Shown: piece by piece, positions 18,174 through 27,512 of the stretch
How the letters are laid out: the number at the start of each line of letters is the position of its first letter
Numbering within the stretch: the first letter of the stretch is position 1
Origin: Tagaea sp.
Lineage (GTDB): Bacteria > Pseudomonadota > Alphaproteobacteria > CACIAM-22H2
Length of the DNA: 64,000 nt
Direction of reading: 5' to 3'
NCBI GenBank assembly: GCA_965279525.1
Contig: CBDIIB010000003.1
Span: 1-64,000 of the forward strand
Made by a program: the position numbers and the translations under genes
The notes under the pieces: model-generated
What the model was told of the DNA's origin: nothing
Databases searched by the model: none
The model's input: the letters and a program-made list of their open reading frames with translations, nothing else

Positions 18174-20018
18174 GTGATCCGGTTGCCGGTCAGGCGATTC
18201 GTCCTTTGGGGCTTGGCGTTCCTTGCGGCCATCGGCGTCGGACTTGCGGGCGCCGTCGTCCTGTACCCGCGGGCCACCGTCGAGCGGATCGCGGCCTACG
18301 CGCTCGACCGGCGCGTGGCGCTGGCGGAACTTCGGTTCGTCTGGGGCAAGACGATTTCCGTGCGACTGCGCGGCCTCGAGATCGCCAACGTGGCCGATTC
18401 CGGACCGGATGCGATAGTTTCCATCGCGGCAATCGATGCGCAGATCGACCGTGCGGCGCTGCTGTCCGGCAAGCTGGTCTACCGCCGGCTTGCGATCGAA
18501 CGGCCGGTCATCGTGCTGGCGCGCGACGGGCAGGGACGCGGAAACTGGCACACCGCAAGCGGCAGCGCGGATGCGGCGCCTGGCGTTCCGGCGCAGGGCC
18601 TCGCGTTGATCCCGAAGAACCGGCGGCAGTTCCCCGACCTGATCGATTTCAGCCTCGTCGGGGGTGAGATCCGCTATCGAACCGGAAGCGGCAAATGGCT
18701 CGTCGTCGGCCTCGACGATGTGCGCATCCGTGCCGATGGGGCAAGCGGACCGGTGCATCTCGACCTCGCCGGAAGCTATCAGGGGATCGCGGCCCGGATG
18801 GCGGTCGTCGGCGCCTCGTTCGACGATCTGCGCGATGCGTCGCGTCCGTTCGCGCTGGTCGTGAAGGTCGCGGCATCGCGCCTGCGCCTGGATTTCGACG
18901 GCACGATGGTCGAGCCGCTCGATCTTGAAGGTGCCGAAGGCCGTCTGGATCTTGCGGCACAGCGGGCCGGCGCGCTCCAGCCGTTTTTCGGTGCCGCCGA
19001 CACGATCGGCGCACCTTTGCAGATTGCCGGCGCCTTCAGCCGCAGCGGCGACGACTGGCGCCTGCGTGAGGCGCGCGGCGACCTCGCCGGCAACCGCTTC
19101 GACGCGCGGCACCTGCATCTGCGCGAGGGTGCGCGCGGCGCCAGCGACGCGATCGATCTCGATCTGGCTTTCGCCACCTTCGACCTCAAGTCCGTGCTCG
19201 CCGATGCCGGCAATCAGGGTGCGGGATTCCGGCCCGATCCGGCGGCCGACGCGGCACGGATCGAACTTCGTCTCGCCATCGCGTCGCTGCACCACGAAGG
19301 GCGCGTGATTTTGCAGGACATTCGAGTGCGGGCGACCGGCGGCCCGGGTGTGCTTGCCTTGCCGGAAGCCAGCGCACGGCTTGGCGGCGGCGCGCTTGCG
19401 CTCGATGCCGATCTCCGGGCGGCCGGTGCGCGCGATGGCGCGTTGCGGATGAAAGGGCGACTGACGGACGCCCGCGCGGAGCAGATGACCGGACTTGTCC
19501 TGTCGCCTGCTGCCGGTGGCGCACCGCTGCACGGCCGGCTCGACGCGTCGTTCGATCTCGCCATGGCAGGAGCCACGTTCGATGCGGCACTGGCGCGTGC
19601 CGATGGCCGTCTGGAGATCGACATGCGCGAGGGCATCATCGAGCGCGCCCTTGTGGAGGCCGCGTCGACCGATCTGCGCGCATTGCTGCGAAAGCCGGGC
19701 GACGGCATCGCGCTGCGCTGCCTCCTCGGTGTGGCGACGCTGCGCAAAGGCGAGGGACATATCGGCCCGGTGCGGCTGGAGACCGCGGACGGCAGCTTTG
19801 CCGCGCGCGGCACGTTCGATCCGGTGGCGCGCAAGCTCGACATGCTGGTCCGCTCCGACCGCGCGACGACCGGCGCCCTGGCGCTCGACATACCGCTTCG
19901 CGTTCACGGGCCGATCGCCGATCCGGCGATCGTGCCCGCACCCGGTACTGCTTTTCCGCCGGCGGCGGCATCGGAAAGCCTGACTGGCGCCGCGCGCGGC
20001 AATCGATGCGGACAGTGA
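18174..20018 (+). CDS. AsmA family protein
   Basis: N-terminal TM anchor, IERPVIVLARDGQGRGNW, C-terminal IALRC...G-F-P...DIPLRVHGPIADP; GTG start inferred. Confidence 0.8.
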   Translation: MIRLPVRRFVLWGLAFLAAIGVGLAGAVVLYPRATVERIAAYALDRRVALAELRFVWGKTISVRLRGLEIANVADSGPDAIVSIAAIDAQIDRAALLSGKLVYRRLAIERPVIVLARDGQGRGNWHTASGSADAAPGVPAQGLALIPKNRRQFPDLIDFSLVGGEIRYRTGSGKWLVVGLDDVRIRADGASGPVHLDLAGSYQGIAARMAVVGASFDDLRDASRPFALVVKVAASRLRLDFDGTMVEPLDLEGAEGRLDLAAQRAGALQPFFGAADTIGAPLQIAGAFSRSGDDWRLREARGDLAGNRFDARHLHLREGARGASDAIDLDLAFATFDLKSVLADAGNQGAGFRPDPAADAARIELRLAIASLHHEGRVILQDIRVRATGGPGVLALPEASARLGGGALALDADLRAAGARDGALRMKGRLTDARAEQMTGLVLSPAAGGAPLHGRLDASFDLAMAGATFDAALARADGRLEIDMREGIIERALVEAASTDLRALLRKPGDGIALRCLLGVATLRKGEGHIGPVRLETADGSFAARGTFDPVARKLDMLVRSDRATTGALALDIPLRVHGPIADPAIVPAPGTAFPPAAASESLTGAARGNRCGQ

Positions 20019-20071
20019 ACCGGCGGTTGCCGCCGCGAAGCGTTCCGCTCCGCTGCGGCAACCGGCCGGCA

Positions 20072-20887
20072 TCACGGCGCGTGCGCGACCTGCGGCACCC
20101 GCTCCAGCGCATGGACGACGGCCTCCTCCACCGATGCGGGCCGCTGGCGGCGCCCGAGCAGCGGCCGGGACACGTCGGCGAACGCCGGATCGCGCGCCTC
20201 GGCCAGCAGTTCCCGGCGCGGCATCGTCGCGAGCAGGAACTCGTTGTCGTCGCGATAGACCGCCAGTTCGTTGCGCCGGAAGCCGTACCAGTCGAAGCCG
20301 TGGATGCGGAACGTCGAGCGCTCGACGATGGAAACCGTCGCCTTGTAGCGCCAGTGGGTCGCCACGAAGAACAGCGAGGCCCGCACGATCGCCCGATAGA
20401 TCAGTGGATCGCCCGACACGTTCATGCCGCCGCCCATCCACGCGATATGGTCCGAGTTGAGCTCGCTGGCCGAGGGTGCCGTCACTTCGCAGCGCCTTCC
20501 CTCGCGGCGCATCTCCTGGGCACGCTCGCCGTACCAGAAGGTGAGATCCTCCATCTCCTCCTTGAGTGAGCGTTCGATCCAGATCCGGCGGGCGCCGACC
20601 ATCGCCGACGGCCGGTTCTCGCCGTGGCGCGTGGCGATGAAGGCGACGAAGTCGGCCGGCCCGACATCGGGGTGATAGGCGACGTCCTGGACCGGCGGCA
20701 TCCGGATGGCCGCACGCTTCTCGTCGGGCAGGCGCTCCCAGAAATTTCGGATGTCCGACATGTTCCTTGAGACCGAGACGCGATAGCCGAGCGTCTCGAA
20801 GCTCCCGTTTATCCGGGCCCAGCTCCGGAAGGCGAATTTCCGCTCGCACGCGGACTTGTCGGGTTCGAAAGCATCGATGAATTCCAT
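20072..20887 (-). CDS. Hypothetical protein, possibly a divergent GNAT / acyl-synthase-like fold
   Basis: AAAGGA RBS; alternating alpha/beta pattern (FVAFIAT, MVGARRI, HIAWMGGG, ATHWRYKATVSIV, YGF). The fold assignment is inference. Confidence 0.7.
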   Translation of the reverse strand: MEFIDAFEPDKSACERKFAFRSWARINGSFETLGYRVSVSRNMSDIRNFWERLPDEKRAAIRMPPVQDVAYHPDVGPADFVAFIATRHGENRPSAMVGARRIWIERSLKEEMEDLTFWYGERAQEMRREGRRCEVTAPSASELNSDHIAWMGGGMNVSGDPLIYRAIVRASLFFVATHWRYKATVSIVERSTFRIHGFDWYGFRRNELAVYRDDNEFLLATMPRRELLAEARDPAFADVSRPLLGRRQRPASVEEAVVHALERVPQVAHAP

Positions 20888-21063
20888 GGGGCCGTCCTTT
20901 CCGTTGGGAGGGGGAGGCAACGGACCGGTCCAGGTCAGGCGCGAACGTCGGGCCGCCGCCACGGAATCAGTGCGCGACCTGACGCTTCAATAGCGAGGCT
21001 TCCGTCGGGCAGTTCTGTCGTGTTGTGGAGAAGGCGATCACGCGGATCGCCGGACGTGCCGCC

Positions 21064-22167
21064 TCAGTTGAGGCTCGGCGATACCGAATCCTTGAGGATT
21101 TTCGACGTCGTCAGCACGAAATGGCGGCCGTCGAGCCGGAAGGGCATGGCGAGCCGCTCGTAGAGGGTCTTGCGGAAACCGAAATCGACGCCGATGCGCG
21201 ACACCGTCGGCCGGTCGCCGCTCGACGCCTTCACGATATGGCGGTCGACCAGTGCGGAATACTGGATGTGGTTGGTGCGGTCGAGCACGCGCATCCCGAT
21301 TTCCGACTGGGTCGGCGCGTTGAACTTGGAGCCGATATGGAAGCAGAACGCCTCGCCCGAGCGGACGGCGAAGAGGGAGCTTTCCCCGTCGCGCAGCATG
21401 CGCACGAGATGGGAAAGCGGATCCTCGAAGAAGCGGGATTCGAGGATGCTGCGCAGCCGCCCGTCGGCCTCGCCGACGGGAACCTCCTCGTCGATCCATT
21501 CGGCCGGCGTGCGCCGCGAAGCGCGGATGCGCCGTTCGAGGATGCGCCGCGCGTCGGAAATGGATTCGAGAACCGGCGGCTCGTCGCCGGCGTCGATGCG
21601 CACGCGGTCGTAAGGCATGTCCTCGAGGACGGCGAGCGCCTTGACGCAGGCCCGCGCGTCGACATGCGTGCGGTTGAACGTCACCATGCCGAAGCCGTCC
21701 TGCTCGCCCACGGCGACCCAGCCATAGCCGCGGCACACGAAGCCGACCGCGTCGCCCCGGTCGCCCGCGGGGATGCCGGCCACGCGCCGGGCCGTGGTGG
21801 CGAAGTCGTCGACGACCGGAACGCAGGTTCCGTCGTCGAGGCACCAGACCGGCCGGAAGGGTGCCGGCTGGCGTCCGCCCTTGACGACCAGTTCGCGCAG
21901 TTCGCCGATCTGCGAGCGGATGTCCTGGAGTTCGGGAATCGATTTCCCGGACGACAGGCCCGGCAGGACCTCCTGGAGGAACTCGTCGGCGTCGGGAAGC
22001 GTGCGGGCGACCCGATACACCGTCTCGATGTCGAGCTTGCGCGTCTCGCCCGACTTGAGCCGCTCGATCGAGATGGCACTGCAGCCGGCGATGCGCGCGA
22101 TCGCCTTCAGCGATATGTGCCGGCGGGCCGCCGCCTGGAAGAAAAGGTCGCTGATCCGTGATTTCAT
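21064..22167 (-). CDS. Cro/XRE-type HTH protein with central unknown domain and C-terminal PAS-like domain
   Basis: ISLKAIARIAGCSAISIERLKSG HTH; short coiled coil LQDIRSQIGELRELV; C-terminal FHIG...IGMRV...YERLAMPF...VLTTS resembles a PAS_5 ending. Confidence 0.75.
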   Translation of the reverse strand: MKSRISDLFFQAAARRHISLKAIARIAGCSAISIERLKSGETRKLDIETVYRVARTLPDADEFLQEVLPGLSSGKSIPELQDIRSQIGELRELVVKGGRQPAPFRPVWCLDDGTCVPVVDDFATTARRVAGIPAGDRGDAVGFVCRGYGWVAVGEQDGFGMVTFNRTHVDARACVKALAVLEDMPYDRVRIDAGDEPPVLESISDARRILERRIRASRRTPAEWIDEEVPVGEADGRLRSILESRFFEDPLSHLVRMLRDGESSLFAVRSGEAFCFHIGSKFNAPTQSEIGMRVLDRTNHIQYSALVDRHIVKASSGDRPTVSRIGVDFGFRKTLYERLAMPFRLDGRHFVLTTSKILKDSVSPSLN

Positions 22168-22255
22168 GTTCGGAGCTTCGCTGCCTTGGTTCCAGGGACA
22201 CACAGAAATTACGACAGTTCCGGCCGGACTGCCATAGATCAGACAGTCGATCGCG

Positions 22256-22699
22256 TCAGCGCGTGGCCAGCCCCGGTGCGCCGGCAAGCCCTGCAGCGGC
22301 GATCCCGGCCAGGGCACAGGCTTCGTCGCGGTCGCCGGTATCGCCGGAAATCCCGACGGCACCGATCACGCTTGCGTCTGCCGAAAAGATCAGCACGCCA
22401 CCCGGCGACGGTATCGCCCGGCCGCCGCTTGCCGCAGATAGGGCCACCAGGAACGACGGCGATTTGGCGGCGCGCTCGGTCAGCTCCCGGCTCCCGAACC
22501 CCATGCCGAGCGATCCCCACGCCTTGCCGTAGGCGATCTCGAAGCGGAGGATTCCCGACATGTCTTCGCGCATCGCGACGACGACATGTCCGCCCGCATC
22601 GAGGACGACGACCGTCAGCGGGGCCAGCGTCAGGCGCCTTCCTTCGGCCAGGGCGGCCGTGGCGATGGTGGTGGCCTCGGAGAGCGTCACGTCGGGCAT
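22256..22699 (-). CDS. GlcG/HbpS family heme-binding protein
   Basis: VVVLDAGG, REDMSG, IAYGKAW, GGVLI...IGAVGISGDTGDRDEACA. Confidence 0.9.
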   Translation of the reverse strand: MPDVTLSEATTIATAALAEGRRLTLAPLTVVVLDAGGHVVVAMREDMSGILRFEIAYGKAWGSLGMGFGSRELTERAAKSPSFLVALSAASGGRAIPSPGGVLIFSADASVIGAVGISGDTGDRDEACALAGIAAAGLAGAPGLATR

Positions 22700-22953
22700 G
22701 TAGGGCTCCATATGCTAGAGAATTGGAAAAAAACGGATATTCCTGTTTTCTTTGGCGACCGGGGCAGTTTACTGTCGCCCCGGCCGGTAAGGATCATGCG
22801 CTTCTGCGGCGTGTTGCATATGGTTTAGTCTGCGGATGGACATATAATTGCAACAGATCGGACCTAGAAATCCGGCAGGCTTGTCTGGCAGAGCGCGGGA
22901 AAGCGTCGATCCACGACAAGAGCGATCCACCCAGAAAAATAGGCGAGGCAAAG

Positions 22954-23994
22954 ATGATCAAGACCACTGTGATGAGCGGAACGGCGCTGGCGCTGGCCAT
23001 GGCGGCCCTTGCGCTGACGACGGGTACGGCCGATGCGCAGCAGAAGACGCGTCTGACCGTCTACACCGCGATCGAGAACGAGCAGCTCCAGCCGTTCAAG
23101 GAAGCCTTCGAGAAGGCGACCCCCGATGTCGAGATCGCCTGGGTCCGCGACTCCACGGGCACGCTGACCGCCCGCTTCCTCGCCGAGAAGGACAATCCCC
23201 GCGCCGACGCCATCTGGGGTCTCGCGGTCACCTCGCTGCTCGCGTTCGAGCAGCAGGGCCTGCTCGCGGACTACAAGCCCAAGGGCTATGACGCCCTGAA
23301 GCCGCTGTTCAAGGACCAGGCGGCACCCTTCACCTGGCACGGCATCGACGCGTTCGCGGCCGCGGTGTGCTTCAACACCGCCGTCGCCAAGGCGCAGAAC
23401 CTTCCGACGCCGAAGACCTGGGCGGACCTGCTGAACCCGGCCTACAAGGGCAAGATCGTGATGCCGAACCCGGCCTCGTCGGGCACCGGTTATCTGACGG
23501 TCGCGGCCTGGCAGCAGCTCATGGGCGATGCGGCCGCCTGGTCGTACATGGACAAGATCCACGACAATGTCGGCGTCTATACGCACTCGGGCTCGGCCCC
23601 TTGCGTGCAGGCGGCGCGTGGCGAATACGCGATCGGCATCAGCTTCGACATGCGCGCGGCTTCCGAAAAGACCAAGGGCGCCCCGCTCGACATCGTCGTG
23701 CCGACGGACGGCGTGGGCTGGGACATGGAGGCTTCGGCCATCGTCAAGGCGACCAAGAACATGGCTGCCGCACAGAAGCTGATGGATTTCTCGGCCTCGT
23801 CGGAAGCCAACGCCATCTACGCCAAGTACTACAACATCGTCGCCCACCCGGCCGCGAAGGGCTCGGCTGCCAACTATCCGGCCGAAACCGAAACGCGTCT
23901 GCTCAAGATCGACTTCGCGGCGATGGCGGCCAACCGCGACAAGACGCTTGCGGAATGGACCAAGCGTTTCGACGGCAAGTCGGCTCCCAAGTAA
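22954..23994 (+). CDS. aepX: Putative 2-aminoethylphosphonate ABC transporter substrate-binding protein
   Basis: LTVYTA, WVRDSTG, AEKDNPRADAIWGLA, MPNPASSGTGY, YTHSGSAPC and FDGKSAPK, typical of the AepX/PhnS2 family. Confidence 0.85.
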   Translation: MIKTTVMSGTALALAMAALALTTGTADAQQKTRLTVYTAIENEQLQPFKEAFEKATPDVEIAWVRDSTGTLTARFLAEKDNPRADAIWGLAVTSLLAFEQQGLLADYKPKGYDALKPLFKDQAAPFTWHGIDAFAAAVCFNTAVAKAQNLPTPKTWADLLNPAYKGKIVMPNPASSGTGYLTVAAWQQLMGDAAAWSYMDKIHDNVGVYTHSGSAPCVQAARGEYAIGISFDMRAASEKTKGAPLDIVVPTDGVGWDMEASAIVKATKNMAAAQKLMDFSASSEANAIYAKYYNIVAHPAAKGSAANYPAETETRLLKIDFAAMAANRDKTLAEWTKRFDGKSAPK

Positions 23995-24017
23995 TAACGT
24001 CCAACGGAAACCGGCAA

Positions 24018-24043
24018 CCCCCCGCGCCTAGCGGCGCGGGGGG
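24018..24043. terminator. 11-bp hairpin after the binding-protein gene (mRNA stabiliser/attenuator)
   Basis: CCCCCCGCGCC-tagc-GGCGCGGGGGG. Confidence 0.6.
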
Positions 24044-24062
24044 ACCCGGTCGCGCGCAGCAA

Positions 24063-25133
24063 ATGTCAGATACGCCTTATCTCGTCGTCGACAAGGTCAC
24101 CAAGAGCTTCGGCCAGTTCCAGGCCGTCCGCGAGGCAAGCTTCACCGTAAAGCGGGGCGAGTTCGTATGCTTCCTCGGCCCCTCGGGCTGCGGCAAGACC
24201 ACGCTGCTGCGCATGATCGCGGGTCTCGAGACGATGTCCAGCGGCCGCGTCGTGCAGGACGGGCGCGACATCTCGTGGCTGCCGCCTTCCCAGCGCGATT
24301 TCGGCATCGTGTTCCAGTCCTACGCGCTGTTCCCGAACCTCACCGTTTTCGACAACGTCGCCTACGGCCTGCGCGGGCGCGGCAAGGGTGCCGCCGAGAT
24401 CGCCGGGCGCGTGGACGAACTCCTCACCCTCGTCGGCCTGCCGGGTGAAGCGAAGAAATATCCGGCACAGATTTCCGGCGGCCAGCAGCAGCGCGTGGCG
24501 CTCGCCCGTGCGCTTGCCATCTCGCCGGGCCTGCTGCTGCTCGACGAGCCGCTTTCCGCCCTCGACGCGCGCGTGCGCGTCTATCTGCGCCAGGAGATCC
24601 GGGCCCTCCAGCACCGCCTCGGCGTCACCACCATCATGGTGACGCACGACCAGGAAGAGGCGCTGACGATGGCCGACCGCATCGCGGTGATGAACGCAGG
24701 CCAGGTCGAGCAGTTCGACACGCCGGCGGCTGTCTATGCCGTCCCGTCGACGCCGTTCGTCGCCGATTTCGTCGGCACGACCAATTTCCTGCGCGCCAAG
24801 CTGGCGGAACCGGGAAAGATCGTTTCGGGCGGCGTCGAGATCGCGGCGGACACGCCCGCCCATCTCAATCCCGGTGCCGACGTGCGCGTCTGCGTGCGGC
24901 CGGAGGACGTGATGGTCCGCGGCGTGAGCGATGCCACGCCCAACCGCGTCGACGTCACGGTCGAAGAACTCGTCTTCATGGGGGCCTTCAGTCGCGCCAG
25001 GCTCGCCGGTCCCAAGGGCATGTCGATCAGCGCCGATTTCTCCGCCAACCTCCTGCGCGACCATGCGCTGGCCACCGGGGCGCGCATCAAGGTCGCGCTG
25101 CCGGCCGACCGGCTTCGCGTCTTCCCCGGCTAG
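24063..25133 (+). CDS. AEP-type ABC transporter ATP-binding protein
   Basis: GPSGCGKTT, ISGGQQQRVALAR, LLLDEP; TOBE-like C-terminus. Confidence 0.9.
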   Translation: MSDTPYLVVDKVTKSFGQFQAVREASFTVKRGEFVCFLGPSGCGKTTLLRMIAGLETMSSGRVVQDGRDISWLPPSQRDFGIVFQSYALFPNLTVFDNVAYGLRGRGKGAAEIAGRVDELLTLVGLPGEAKKYPAQISGGQQQRVALARALAISPGLLLLDEPLSALDARVRVYLRQEIRALQHRLGVTTIMVTHDQEEALTMADRIAVMNAGQVEQFDTPAAVYAVPSTPFVADFVGTTNFLRAKLAEPGKIVSGGVEIAADTPAHLNPGADVRVCVRPEDVMVRGVSDATPNRVDVTVEELVFMGAFSRARLAGPKGMSISADFSANLLRDHALATGARIKVALPADRLRVFPG

Positions 25134-25142
25134 AGAACCGCC

Positions 25143-26810
25143 TTGCGCACCAGCCTCGACCGGGACGCGATAAGCCAGCGGGCTGCCCTGCTCTGTGCGG
25201 GCGCGTTCCTGCTCGTGGCCCTCGTGCTGCCGCTTGCCACGCTGTTCGAGAAAAGCTTCCACGACCGCAACGGCGCGTTCGTCGGGCTTGCCAACTTCGT
25301 GCGCTATTTCAGCACGCCTTCGCTGGTCGTTTCGCTGTGGAACACGCTGTGGGTCTCTCTGCTGGCGACGTGCATCGTGGTGCCGCTCGCCTTCGTCTAC
25401 GCTTATGCGATCCGGCGCACGACGATGCCCGGCAAGCACGTGTTCCGGGCACTCGGCCTCGTGCCGATCCTCGCCCCCTCGCTGCTGCCGGCGATCGCGC
25501 TCATCTACCTGTTCGGCAACCAGGGCATCGCGCGCTTCATGCTGTTCGGCGAAAGCGTCTACGGCCCGATCGGCATCGTCATCGCGCAGGTCTTCTTCTG
25601 CTTCCCGCACGCTTTCCTGATCCTGTCGACCGCCCTTGCCATCGCCGACCGGCGCCATTACGAGGCGGCCGAGGTGCTGGGCGCCGGGCCCGTCCGCATC
25701 TTCTGGACCGTCACGCTGCCGGGCGTGAAGTACGGCATCGTCAGCGCGTTCTTCGTCGTCTTCACGATGGTCGCGACCGATTTCGGCATCCCCAAGGTGA
25801 TCGGCGGGCGCTTCAACGTGCTGTCGACCGACGTCTACAAGCAGGTCATCGGCCAGCAGAATTTCGAGATGGGTGCGGTCGTCGGCATGGTGCTGCTGAT
25901 CCCGGCCGTGCTCGCCTTCATCGCCGACCGCTGGGTCGCGCGCCGCCAGGTGGCGTTGCTGAGTGCGCGCGCCGTCCCCTTCGAGCCGCAGAAGAACAAG
26001 GCGCGCGACGTGGCACTCTTCGTGTTCTGCGCCACGATCGCAGCGTGCATCCTCGTCGTGCTCGGGATCTGCATCTGGGCGAGCCTGATCACGTACTGGC
26101 CCTACAACATGTCGCTTTCGATGCGCAATTACGCCTTCGCGAACGCCGACGCGTCGGGCTGGAGCTCGTACTTCAACTCGCTGACGATGGCCGTCCTCGT
26201 CGCCACGATCGGGTCGGTCGTGATCGCCTTCGGCGCCTGGCTCGTCGACAAGACGCGCGGTGCCGATTTCCTGCGCGGTGTCGTGCACCTGCTGGCGATG
26301 ATCCCGCTGGCCGTGCCGGGCCTCGTGCTCGGCCTTGCCTACATCTTCTTCTTCAATTCGCCGAAGAACCCGCTCGTCTTCATGTACGGCACGATCGGCC
26401 TGCTGACGCTCAACACGATCGCGCACTTCTATACGGTGGCGCACCTGACGACGCTGCAGGCGCTCAAGCAGCTCGACCCGGAGTTCGAGAGCGTGTCGTC
26501 CTCGCTCAAGATCTCGGTCTGGCGCACCGCCTGGCAGGTGACGCTGCCGGTGACGTCGCCGGCGCTGCTCGACGTGTGGTTCTACATGTTCGTCAACGCG
26601 ATGACGACGGTGTCGGCCGTCGTCTTCCTCTACGGCCCGTTCACCAAGCTTGCCTCGGTCTCGATCATCAACATGGACGAGGCGGGCTTCACCGCGGCGG
26701 CGGCGGCGATGGGCTGCACGATCATCGCGACGTCGGCGGCGGCCAAGGTGCTGCACTCGCTGCTCGCCGAGTGGCTCGCCCGGCGCACGCAGGCCTGGCG
26801 CGCGCGGTGA
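25143..26810 (+). CDS. AEP-type ABC transporter fused permease
   Basis: Two EAA-type loops (YEAAEVLGA; FESVSSSLK), APSLLPAIALIYLFGNQG, TDFGIPKVIGG. Confidence 0.9.
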   Translation: MRTSLDRDAISQRAALLCAGAFLLVALVLPLATLFEKSFHDRNGAFVGLANFVRYFSTPSLVVSLWNTLWVSLLATCIVVPLAFVYAYAIRRTTMPGKHVFRALGLVPILAPSLLPAIALIYLFGNQGIARFMLFGESVYGPIGIVIAQVFFCFPHAFLILSTALAIADRRHYEAAEVLGAGPVRIFWTVTLPGVKYGIVSAFFVVFTMVATDFGIPKVIGGRFNVLSTDVYKQVIGQQNFEMGAVVGMVLLIPAVLAFIADRWVARRQVALLSARAVPFEPQKNKARDVALFVFCATIAACILVVLGICIWASLITYWPYNMSLSMRNYAFANADASGWSSYFNSLTMAVLVATIGSVVIAFGAWLVDKTRGADFLRGVVHLLAMIPLAVPGLVLGLAYIFFFNSPKNPLVFMYGTIGLLTLNTIAHFYTVAHLTTLQALKQLDPEFESVSSSLKISVWRTAWQVTLPVTSPALLDVWFYMFVNAMTTVSAVVFLYGPFTKLASVSIINMDEAGFTAAAAAMGCTIIATSAAAKVLHSLLAEWLARRTQAWRAR

Positions 26811-27502
26811 GCGTCCTGCCCGGACATATCCGCGGCGTGCTGTTCGACAAGGACGGGACGCTCGTGGATTTCGACCGCACCTGGTCGAAGACGATGAAGG
26901 TGGGTGCGCGCGATTTCGCCGGCGGCGACGAAGCACTCGCCATCCGCCTTTGCGAGGCTGTCGGCTGGAACGAGGCGAGCGGCACCTTCGCGGCCGACGC
27001 CTTCTTCGCCAACAATCCCAATGCCGCGATCGCGCGGCGCTGGCGCGAACTGCGCGACCTGCCTTTCGCCGACAACGACGCCGTCCGCCTCGACACGCTG
27101 TTCGCACATGCGATCATCGACAACGTCACGCCGCTTGGCGACCTTTCCGGTACCGTCGCGCGGCTGCGCGCGCGCGGGCTTTCGCTGGGCGTGGCGACGA
27201 ACGACAGCTGCGCATCTTCGCTCGAGCAGCTGTCGGCGCTCGGCGTCGCGCATGCCTTCGTTTTCGTCACCGGCTATGACGGGCCGAGCGCGCCCAAGCC
27301 CGATCCGGCCGCGGTCTTCGATTTCGCGCGGGTGGCGGGAATAGCGCCTTCCGAAGTCGCCGTGGTCGGGGATTCCCTCAACGACATGCATCTGGCCGGT
27401 GCTTCGGGCGCCTATGCGGTGGCGGTCGCGCGCGATCCCGCACACCGGGCGGCACTTGCCCCGCTGGCCGACGTCGCGATCGCCGGGATCGAAGCGCTCT
27501 AG
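26807..27502 (+). CDS. HAD family hydrolase (phosphatase-like)
   Basis: FDKDGTL motif I, VATND, KPDP, VVGDSLND; GTGA overlap with the permease stop. Confidence 0.88.
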   Translation: MSVLPGHIRGVLFDKDGTLVDFDRTWSKTMKVGARDFAGGDEALAIRLCEAVGWNEASGTFAADAFFANNPNAAIARRWRELRDLPFADNDAVRLDTLFAHAIIDNVTPLGDLSGTVARLRARGLSLGVATNDSCASSLEQLSALGVAHAFVFVTGYDGPSAPKPDPAAVFDFARVAGIAPSEVAVVGDSLNDMHLAGASGAYAVAVARDPAHRAALAPLADVAIAGIEAL

Positions 27503-27512
27503 ATGCCTATCT

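Noticed and set aside
14262-22167. Genomic island or prophage at tRNA-Thr
   Set aside because: No integrase, no duplicated tRNA 3' end seen, no phage genes and no obvious GC shift; the HTH gene lies on the 5' side of the tRNA.
26807-27502. HAD as phosphonatase PhnX
   Set aside because: Lacks the PhnX DWAGT motif; the organism has the PhnWAY route.
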